Shown here piece by piece: positions 21,401 to 29,900 of a stretch of 55,370 nt of DNA. The DNA lies in the NCBI GenBank assembly GCA_964342815.1, contig CAYFHS010000026.1:1-55370 (forward strand), written 5' to 3'. The stretch is from an uncultured archaeon (GTDB lineage Archaea; Thermoplasmatota; Penumbrarchaeia; JASLWR01). Made by a program: the position numbers and the translations under genes. Within the stretch, counting starts at the first letter, position 1. Each line of letters opens with the position of its first letter. The notes beneath the pieces are model-generated. The model was not told where the DNA came from and did not search any database. It saw nothing but the letters and a program-made list of their open reading frames with translations.

Positions 21401-22209
21401 TTCTGAGAAAGAAAAAGAAGAAAAAAGAAGCCGAAAAAGCATCTTATAGTTCACAAACTTCCACTTCTCCACCATATGGGGCATCTTTATCACCCTATCC
21501 ACAGGGCTATTACCACCCTTCCAATATTCAGCAAGAATACCATGCAGTGCCATCAGGAACCAGTATGCAGTCCATGGGGTATGGTCAGATGCAGTCTCAA
21601 CCTCAGCAGTCGCAAGCGGCTCCCCCGCAATATTCATCTTATCAGCCTGTTCAACAACAGTTACCTCAGTACCAACAGCTACCCGGAGGTACTCCGACAA
21701 ATACTTCGATGAACGCTGCGGGACTAGGTCAAGATATATCGTATTCTCTTCCGGCCTTCACCACAGATCAGGGTCCCCAGGATTTAAACAGAATGGCCCT
21801 TCCACCGGGACCTCCTCCTGACGAGCTTGCAGTATCAGTACAGACCGCTGTATCTTATCCTGAAGTTCCAATTTCTGGACCGACGGAATTACAATATCAG
21901 GGTTCACCCCCTTCACCGGCAGCCTCCCTGGAGAATAATGTATTTTCCCCGGTGACGGTCGCAAGTTCTCCACCATTACCGTCAGAACCCGGAACGAACA
22001 CAGCAAGAACACTTGAGGAAATATTCAGCGGCCCCTCCCTGGGAGCACCACCGATCCTCTCCGATGTACCGAATCCGGGAATAGGTATAAAAGAAATAAT
22101 GATGCAATGTCATTCCTGTGGGAATAGTTATCTCGCCAGTGTCGCCCAGCTACCCGCTACAGTGACATGTACGCATTGTCAGACTCAGGGTATGGTGGAA
22201 TCGTTGTGA
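18403..22209 (+). CDS. Giant single-pass surface protein, triplet paralog 3 (most divergent head)
   Basis: Colinear body; head 9 codons shorter with two extra Cys; TM followed by RK6; terminal CHSC...CTHC. True start may be ATG 18421 or 18433. Confidence 0.92.
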   Translation: MSIRVWMSEIMKGKKSWTVPVTVVILFSMFFTGLLINITYSEQNENQSIETGSQKTIQNIPLVEENQSRGGLHPFHGGYIEINGLYYDNNVRRDRGYTHRWYYLDAISKGGRIPNKAEITAWNDRRGRQIDGSIDMLYCKDPGSGHQFAYTDNPMCGCDYNVAENENLRNPNNGGCVYVWDTLYASVIMTKDTALSDPGNQDYICYSRYRPYNISVQVGTTDDLMDAEEVSLYLDYNHTNATLKYNWMNQTFFKLQDPNGHVELLLDNCSVTNDAVEFWWVNFTVMFNFTFPHESLVDCFVETLATNGDDSRDFFPWLFRVENDLEMDGTPELEGEYQGKLNEGDWIQGNESITLSNLTVMYADTFNVYPDDRYFDVTLSDSEGNVYWDNESSGEEVRIEFPSRNKTDLREKYYITITNLLGKAVCMSNFTFPVNIDAEAPAAPFNVICHADSFRDKETENTDQTETFVTWEEVEDFESGLKGYYYSLTDNSGTENGTFLNLTEVHIENLMEGEISAYVWCVDMVGNIGPASSSGILVDLTPPVFSDIIPLDGSWHNHSDVECSVIIQDINGSGVDASTIEYSVSSLGTGAFLQWIPAWLPDDQETANPIITYNFPEGDTNYIKWRAKDVSENGFVESDPVNVKIDITPVEFASEISPQIDWYGKNEISSTIFISDIGSGVDIDRIEARISTSGSSDFDKWQSVDPANITEVQDGYEITVGYSYKEGSDNYLMFRGTDLVGNPYAQSKKFNLKIDTTPVYFSDFNLEDENPLDVCEVDCLIIIRDNGSGVETSSVEYSISTEGGDEEFFSPWKKVSNVVSGNPTQASIHIEFEWGKENYIRWRADDLLATGYGYSKIYQVWINSKPEITISSPESRIEVSSDEFVLFDATLSEDFDGDELTFFWSSNIELNRSLGNSSLFKARLAVGNHSITLFVSDGNGNNISKKFKVNVREKVYAPDDVEQDDEGIFSVGSGDDYLFWFIIGGAVVLLLLILLIFFIVLRKKKKKKEAEKASYSSQTSTSPPYGASLSPYPQGYYHPSNIQQEYHAVPSGTSMQSMGYGQMQSQPQQSQAAPPQYSSYQPVQQQLPQYQQLPGGTPTNTSMNAAGLGQDISYSLPAFTTDQGPQDLNRMALPPGPPPDELAVSVQTAVSYPEVPISGPTELQYQGSPPSPAASLENNVFSPVTVASSPPLPSEPGTNTARTLEEIFSGPSLGAPPILSDVPNPGIGIKEIMMQCHSCGNSYLASVAQLPATVTCTHCQTQGMVESL

Positions 22210-22299
22210 TTCATTTACACTTTACAGTTCTTGTTCGAAAGTACAAATAATTACGATCCGTAACCTGCAAAGGAATCTATCAAATATGGAGGAATTATC

Positions 22300-25200
22300 T
22301 TGAAACGAAAAGCCGTAATCATTACAATCACGTTGTTTTTAGCTAACATTTCCCTTCTAAACCTCATATCAGTGGGGAATCAAGGGTATCCACTGGATAA
22401 CTTCGGTTCCGGAGTTTCAACGGGGCTTGATGCAAATGGGAATTTCAATTATATCGGGGTTGGAAACTTCAACAACGATGCAAATATGGATATGGTTTAC
22501 GGAAGCGGTCAGTGGAGCACCGGAGTGACTAATACCGGGCTTTATGCGGCTGCAGGTAATGGCGCCGGTACCTGGACCAAGAGTACGATAACAGCCACCG
22601 ATTCGTTCGCTGGCATTGCAATTGCAGACTGCGATGGGGACGGTTCGCAGGAAGTATACGCCGGGTACGAATGGAGATGGGCCGGAGCTGCAGCAAATGG
22701 TGTGGGGGCATGGGAATGGAATGGAGCCGCCTTTGCGGCAGGGGGAATCACCTCTCCCATCAATTCGGGTGGCGTGGCGGATATCGAGGTCATCAATGTT
22801 ACAGGAGGTCCAGCTCTCGATATTGTCGTGGGTAAACAATCCGGAGGATTGGCATATTTCGAAGGAAACGGAGTCTCCCCAATTACCTGGACATCGAAGT
22901 CAGTAGGTTTATTGAACTCCAATGAATGCACCGCTGTTGATGTTGATGATATCAACAATGATGGTCTGCCGGATATTGTGGCAGGTCAATACGGCGGAAG
23001 AGGATTACACATATACACACAGAATGCTGCAGGGCAGCTGTGGACCGCAAGAACCGCCTCACTCCCTGCAGGCGCAAAAAGTACGTCCATCATGGGCGCA
23101 GAGGTGGGAGATATCAACAACGACGGGAATTCTGATATTGTTTACAGCACCCATGGCGGTGGAATGAGAACTCTTTTGGGAAACGGTGGGGGTGGAACAG
23201 GTGTGGATTTTCAATGGACCATACCCACGGGAGGAAATTCTAATGGATTTCCCGGGAACTACGGCTCTAATGGTGATTTCCCGCAGATGCAGTTGGCCGA
23301 CATAGATTTCGATGGTGATCTTGATCTCTTAGCACCCAAAACCAGCAGCGGTCTTTATCTCTTTTTGGGAAACGGTAGCGAACAACCGGATGACGGTTTC
23401 GGCTGGGGTCTTGTTTCCGGAAAAGGGCTCCCTGTTTCAGGAACTTATTACGGTTCGAATTTTATCGACTTTGACAATGATAATGACCTGGATATCGCAG
23501 GAGCAACCTGGGGAAGCGGAGTTAAGGTTTTTGAGACCAATTTAATCCTTCCACCCCACCCTATAGCAAATGCAGGGAGCAACCAGACGGTATACCTTGG
23601 AGATACGGTCTTTCTGAACGGCACCAATTCCACAGATGCCCAGGATTGCCTCACCGGAGACCCGCAGGGGAACATACTCACCTATGATTGGAATATCACT
23701 GATCAACCCCAGGGTTCGACACTTACAGATGCGGATCTGGCTCCCTCGGATGCATCAGCGGTTGTTTCCTTCGTTCCGACGCAATCCGGATTCTACATGC
23801 TTTCCCTTGTTGTCAAGGACAGCGAGCAACAGTACAGTCTTTTTGAGGATCATGTAAATATAACTGTCATAATTGATAACAGTATTCCAACTGCCAACGC
23901 GGGGATCAACCAGCAAGTAGAGACCGGGACAACAGTTATCCTTAACGGTTCGGCTTCCACTGACACAGAGGATGCAATAGGGCTGCTATCCTTCGATTGG
24001 AATGTTTCAGGGGGCAATCCTTCGTTGGTCACACTATCCGATGAATCCGTCATTATGCCAACTTTCATTGCACCGGATACTACTGGAGATTATTTTTTTA
24101 CGCTCGTTGTGAAGGATTCCCTGGAAGCGTGGTCCATGGAAGACGAGGTAAAGGTAACTGTCGAGCTTCCACCCAATATCATTCCCAGCGCCCAGGCGGG
24201 AGTTGATTTTTCTGCATTCTCAAATACAACTGTAAGGTTGAACGGGAGCGGTTCACAGGACTCGGATGGTGAAATCGTTACCTGGGATTGGAACTGCACG
24301 AGTCATCCATCTCTTCCCATCGAGAATGAAAACAGCCCATTGCCGTCATTCACTCCAAACCGTTCCGGCCAATATACCTTTACACTGACGGTTCTCGATG
24401 ACCGGGGAGCTTGGGCCCTTGAGGATGAGGTCATTGTTAATATAATCGAAGAAAATCAACCACCCGAGGCCAATGCGGGAGTTGACTTCACAGCCTATTT
24501 CGGTGAAATAACACATCTGAACGGCAGTTCATCCTTTGACCTTGAAGGCCAGATCGTATCATGGGATTGGAGTTGCCTGAATTACCCTAATACAACATTT
24601 GCCAACGGAAATTCTTCAACCCCTTCGTTTACGCCTGAAAAAGTGGACATCTACCAATTTACACTAAAGGTTATGGATGATCTGGGGCTCTGGTCTCACA
24701 CAGATGAAGTGAACATCACAGTAATCGAACGCATCATCAACATTAAACCGATTGCGAATGCAGGCAAGGACAGGATGGTACATGTGAATTCCACAGTTAT
24801 TCTAAACGGCAGCAGGTCCAATGATCCTGACGGTAATATAAGCTCGTGGGTCTGGAACTGCAGTTCCCATGATAATCTCAACTTTATGTATCACGATTCC
24901 GCTCACCCGAGTTTTTATGCTGCTGAGATAGGTACTTACAATATCAGTCTTGCTGTTGTAGATGAGCTAGGGACATGGTCGGCCGAAGACCATGTATCAA
25001 TATCGGTGGTATCCGAAGATACGAACATCACAGATCCACTAGCGAACGCAGCTCCATATGTGAAGCTGACATCGCCCCGAGGGGGTGAGACAATTCTTAA
25101 TACAACTGGCATCACGTGGACGGCTTCGGATGTTGATTTGGACACATTGAGCTTTACCATAGAACTTCTAAACTCAAGCGGCGGTATCGTAAGCATACTG

Positions 25201-26145
25201 GCGACAGGTCTGGATACGGATATCAGAAGCTGGATTTGGGATACTTCAAATGTACCCGACGGGAGCTACCGGATCCGAATAAAGGTTTTCGATGGGATTA
25301 AAATAACCGAGGATACCTCCTCCCCTTTCACCATTGAAAAATCCAAAGACGATAATGATACCGAGGATGATGATATTACAGGTGATGATGATACTGCAGG
25401 GGATGACGATGCAACCGGAGATTCGGAAGAGGGAACGGGGACATTCTTTTCATCTACCACGGGAATCCTGATCATGGCAGGTATCGTTTTGGTTTTTTTT
25501 ATTATTGTTATAATATTGGCTCTGCTGCTTTACGGTAAGAAAAAGAAGGAAAAAAATGAAGAGGTAATAAAAGAAGTTTTTGAGGAAAAACCCATCGTGG
25601 AGGATGAATATTCGCAAAAAGATGAAGGTTGGGGCCCGAAAGACACCGGATGGGATCGCAAATCATTCCGTAATGAGGATTTTTCAGATGGTAAAGCGGA
25701 GGACTATGACGACTGGATGGAGGAAGATACTGATAGTGATTGGGAAGAGGACGGGTTTGGAACCTATAAAAGAAAATCACGGCATGGAAGATATGGAGCA
25801 GGGGTATTACTGTATCACGACACAAAGGTAGAAAAAAGGGGTGGCAAATACGACCGTGAGCACCGGGATGATTATGACTATACAAGAGATGATTTGGATG
25901 ATAACTATGAAGTTGATTTTTACAATGACGAAGCCGAAGAGAAAGATTACGACTATGAATATGACAATGATTTTAATAATGATCCGCATGACATTGATTT
26001 CAACAATGGATATGATGATGCAGACGAAACCAAAGAGAAGGATTTCGACAATAACGATAGTGATGACTATTTCTATTTTGATGACGATGATCAGTATGAT
26101 GAGGATGAATACGAATTTGACCAGTATGACGATTATGATGATTAA
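22300..26145 (+). CDS. FG-GAP (7-blade) + 5 PKD-like + Ig-like, short GDDDT stalk, TM, very long Asp/Tyr-rich tail (paralog B of 5615..9046)
   Basis: GGAGG 7 nt before TTG; seven FG-GAP loops and five PKD units aligned with paralog A; TM ILIMAGIVLVFFIIVIILALLLY followed by GKKKK. Confidence 0.9.
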   Translation: MKRKAVIITITLFLANISLLNLISVGNQGYPLDNFGSGVSTGLDANGNFNYIGVGNFNNDANMDMVYGSGQWSTGVTNTGLYAAAGNGAGTWTKSTITATDSFAGIAIADCDGDGSQEVYAGYEWRWAGAAANGVGAWEWNGAAFAAGGITSPINSGGVADIEVINVTGGPALDIVVGKQSGGLAYFEGNGVSPITWTSKSVGLLNSNECTAVDVDDINNDGLPDIVAGQYGGRGLHIYTQNAAGQLWTARTASLPAGAKSTSIMGAEVGDINNDGNSDIVYSTHGGGMRTLLGNGGGGTGVDFQWTIPTGGNSNGFPGNYGSNGDFPQMQLADIDFDGDLDLLAPKTSSGLYLFLGNGSEQPDDGFGWGLVSGKGLPVSGTYYGSNFIDFDNDNDLDIAGATWGSGVKVFETNLILPPHPIANAGSNQTVYLGDTVFLNGTNSTDAQDCLTGDPQGNILTYDWNITDQPQGSTLTDADLAPSDASAVVSFVPTQSGFYMLSLVVKDSEQQYSLFEDHVNITVIIDNSIPTANAGINQQVETGTTVILNGSASTDTEDAIGLLSFDWNVSGGNPSLVTLSDESVIMPTFIAPDTTGDYFFTLVVKDSLEAWSMEDEVKVTVELPPNIIPSAQAGVDFSAFSNTTVRLNGSGSQDSDGEIVTWDWNCTSHPSLPIENENSPLPSFTPNRSGQYTFTLTVLDDRGAWALEDEVIVNIIEENQPPEANAGVDFTAYFGEITHLNGSSSFDLEGQIVSWDWSCLNYPNTTFANGNSSTPSFTPEKVDIYQFTLKVMDDLGLWSHTDEVNITVIERIINIKPIANAGKDRMVHVNSTVILNGSRSNDPDGNISSWVWNCSSHDNLNFMYHDSAHPSFYAAEIGTYNISLAVVDELGTWSAEDHVSISVVSEDTNITDPLANAAPYVKLTSPRGGETILNTTGITWTASDVDLDTLSFTIELLNSSGGIVSILATGLDTDIRSWIWDTSNVPDGSYRIRIKVFDGIKITEDTSSPFTIEKSKDDNDTEDDDITGDDDTAGDDDATGDSEEGTGTFFSSTTGILIMAGIVLVFFIIVIILALLLYGKKKKEKNEEVIKEVFEEKPIVEDEYSQKDEGWGPKDTGWDRKSFRNEDFSDGKAEDYDDWMEEDTDSDWEEDGFGTYKRKSRHGRYGAGVLLYHDTKVEKRGGKYDREHRDDYDYTRDDLDDNYEVDFYNDEAEEKDYDYEYDNDFNNDPHDIDFNNGYDDADETKEKDFDNNDSDDYFYFDDDDQYDEDEYEFDQYDDYDD

Positions 26146-26412
26146 TGATTATTCGGGTGATTTGCCTGCGGCCCAAAAAAGATAAAAAATTTTTGAAATC
26201 ACTTAAAACAATGGAAAAACCCAATAGTGGCGAGTGATTCGAAGGCTTTTTCACTTAACATCCAATCTCAAAATATATCGCAATAACAAGACATATGTTT
26301 TTTCAACGTCAGAAACAAACATTTATAAAGCATTATCAATTTAAGGTAACCAGATCGCCCGAATCCTATTTTATTAGAGGTTGGGCCGTGAATAATAACC
26401 GGAGGAAATGAG

Positions 26413-26760
26413 ATGAGAATAAACAGAATAGCAATCTTTGGTATCCTTGCGATATTTGTAACGTGTGCACTGTTTCAGAGCGTAGCTGCACAAGACGACG
26501 ATGCTGATTCGGACAGCGAAACTTCATCAAGTTGGACCGACAATATCGGAAACCATATTATTTCAACAGTTGTTTGGGTAGTGATTGGTCTTGTATTGAT
26601 ATTAGTTTTTGTTGGTTTAATTGATCTTGTAACCGATAAAATGAAACATAACTGGCTCAATCTTGAGGAAGTTGCTGGGAACCCTACAGCAATGGCCATA
26701 ATCGCAGCAGGCCTTATGATCGCAATAGCAATAATAATCCATGGCGCGGTCATATCATAA
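26413..26760 (+). CDS. DUF350-like small membrane protein with signal peptide
   Basis: GGAGG 7 nt upstream; two TM helices ending GNPTAMAIIAAGLMIAIAIIIHGAVIS, the typical DUF350 C-terminal pattern. Confidence 0.7.
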   Translation: MRINRIAIFGILAIFVTCALFQSVAAQDDDADSDSETSSSWTDNIGNHIISTVVWVVIGLVLILVFVGLIDLVTDKMKHNWLNLEEVAGNPTAMAIIAAGLMIAIAIIIHGAVIS

Positions 26761-26793
26761 TTAATTTTAATTGTGTTATTTTGAAATTCGAAA

Positions 26794-26825
26794 ACATCCT
26801 CGGTCCACGAGGATGTATTTTTTTT
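26794..26825 (+). terminator. Hairpin + T-tract after the DUF350-like gene
   Basis: ACATCCTCG-GTCCA-CGAGGATGT (9-bp perfect stem) followed by A and T8. Confidence 0.65.
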
Positions 26826-26988
26826 AATATTTTATTACGATAAGTCATCGAATCGAGTAAAGAATCAACTACAAGAGCATAAGATTTATTTATGACCACA
26901 ACTATTAGATACCGCTCACTCCATTTGATATTCGTCAATTCATACTGACGAATTATATTATTTATGAAATCTATCGGAGGCAGGCGGA

Positions 26989-29900
26989 ATGTTGATTCAA
27001 AACTGCAGGATAATGCCAGGATTTATTAAAACTTTGATAGCTATTGTAGTAATCATTTCATTACTCAACGGAATAATACCGATATCGGGAATCGGTCAAA
27101 ATGATTCGAGGATTGCATGTATAGACCCTGAATTGGAGATTCAACCAGTAAAGGAAGAGTTTACAACGGAGATAGATTCCTCCCATGAGAGGTCCGGGAG
27201 AAACTTGCTTTCCTTCAATACGGGAAAAGATACTTTCGTGTGCAATGATTTCGACATGAATGGATACAAGGAAATGAATTTCGGCGCCGAGGATACAATT
27301 TACGTGGCTTATGAGGACACTGCATACAATTATTTCCCTCCATTACGGGGTTTGATAAAATTCGATTTTTCTGGAATTCCTACAAATACAGAGATAATTT
27401 CCGCCAATATGAAATTATATTACGGGGAATCCATAGAAGGTGAGTCCGTACCCCTTGCCATAACCGCTTATCCTTTGACTTGTGATTGGGTCGAGGGTAC
27501 CGGCACATGGGAACAGTACGATGACAACGCTGTTAATTGGAAAACATACGACGGAAAAAATGCGTGGAATACACCAGGTGGAGATTATGATGATCAAATG
27601 GGAGTTGCGGCCACAACTCCTGGAAATTTCGGATGGGTCACATGGGATATAAAGAATATTTTCCAGGAATGGTCGGATGGGACCATTGAGAATCACGGAG
27701 TGATACTCATTTCCAAAACCGAGCCGACCCAACCAACTGTAAAATTGTTAAATTCATTCAACGGGGCCAATAATAAACCGGTTCTCGAGATCCGTTACAA
27801 CAAACCTCCCACAGCCATTATCGATTCAGTGGAACCTAATCCTGTAAAGGAGTTTCGAAACGTCACGTTTACCGGTCATGGGGATGATCCAGATGACGGG
27901 ACTACCAATTCTGGATTTATTTGGATGCTCAAGAATGATTACATCCCCACCATAGTGGTGGGCAATGAAGCCATAAGCACCGTGGACAATTTAACCCATG
28001 GTAGTTACGAGGTCTCCTTCCGTGTGAAAGACAATTTTGGTGTCTGGTCTCCTGACGTTACGTTGAATGAACCGTTGGTCGTCAGTGCTGATGAAGCTCC
28101 TGCTAAGATCGATGATCTTATAGCAGAGGCGCACGGGGGTCTTAGCGGCGCCATAAATCTCACTTGGAAGGCAGTGGCAGAGGATGGGCTTCGCGATGAT
28201 GGGAAGGCAAGCAGGTATATTATAAAATACTCCGATACTTATATGGATAGTCTAGCTTCCTTCAACAATGCCGAGGATCTCGACAGCATAATTGAAATCC
28301 CTGAGCCGAAGAAACCCGGGGGAAGAGAGGAAATTACCATTACCGGTTATAACAAGGGCAGTGAACATTTCTTTGCGGTGATTGCTGAGGATGAGAGAGG
28401 TCAGAGGAGCCCGATCTCGAACGTAGTAAGGGCAATTGCACCGGATCATAATCCGCCGGATGGTATCCTCGATCTAAATGCAGAATCGGGTAAGAGTGAT
28501 GGCGAGATAGACCTTATGTGGACTGCTCCGGGTGATGACGGTATCGATGGACAGGCACACAAATATCAGATCAAATGCTCGAAAGACCGGATACGCACGA
28601 TTTGGGATTTTTACTCGGCCGACGATGTTCCCAATAGTGACGAGGTCCCGTCTCCAAACCCTGCCGGCAGTCGCGAATCTTTTACAGTTACAGGATTAGA
28701 ACGCAGAGAAACATATTACTTTGCCATCAAGACCATGGACAAATGGGATAATATAGGCCCATTATCCAAAGTAGCTGAAGCCATGGCAACCGACAAGATG
28801 GCTCCTTCCATGGTCACTGGTGTCGTTGGCTTCGATACCCCTGATGATCTCGGACAGAGCATCACCATTAACTGGAATATTTCACCTGAAGAAGACCTTC
28901 ATCATTATTCAATCTACGTTGCCATGACACCCATCACAGATGTCAGCCTTATTACTCCGGTCAAAACCATTGATAAGAACCAAGGTACAAAGGCGATTAT
29001 CAGATCTCAGGATATGTCGCTGGTAGATCGGAGGGAATATTATGTAGCAGTCACTGCCGCGGACGACTACAATAACATGAAGACCGAAGTTATCTCTTAC
29101 GGGCCGATCATGTCCCTAAATAATCTGAAGAAAGCCCAACCACTCTTAGATCCTGAAAGAGGTACCACTTACGAAAATAAAGCTATAAGTGAAAATCCTG
29201 CAGTGGATATTGAGATCACTAAACTGGATGTTACAATCAACACAGAAGAGATCGACGACAAGTTCGTTAGTATCACTACATCGTACGAGATCGAGGGGAT
29301 TTCAACGGTCCCAGGGGATCAGATCGATCATATCGATGTCTACGATCACATGAGGGACGGTGAGGACGATTGGGATTGGTCGCCGCTCATGGATCAAGTC
29401 GCTGTCGAGGACCTGGATGATACGGAAACGGATTACGTTGATAAATTATATGAACTGTTCTTTCATCCCGATATTAGCCAAGATATCTGGTCACTGTCCT
29501 ACCAGTACTCTCGTATCGTCGAAAAAGAAGAACTGGCACTTCTGGGTATAGGCGAGAATCCTGAAAATTACGGTGTGAACCAGATATGCATAGTTACATG
29601 GACCGTAACAGCAGAATGGAATTATCTAGTGCAGGAATACGAACAAAAGGTAATCAGTACATGGGTGGATTCGGACAGGGACGGTCTGGCTGACAAATGG
29701 GAAGAAAAATATTTTGAAAGCATTACGAAATATTTTGCTCTCGATGATGCCGATGGGGACGGTTTTTCCAATTTATTGGAATTCCAAGAGAACTCAATAC
29801 CAACTGATGCGAATTCCTATCCTCAGGGTACGCCCGATAAGACAATAGTAGATCCGGTGAATAAAAAAAGTTCGGGACTGGAAGATAAAGGTTGGTTATT

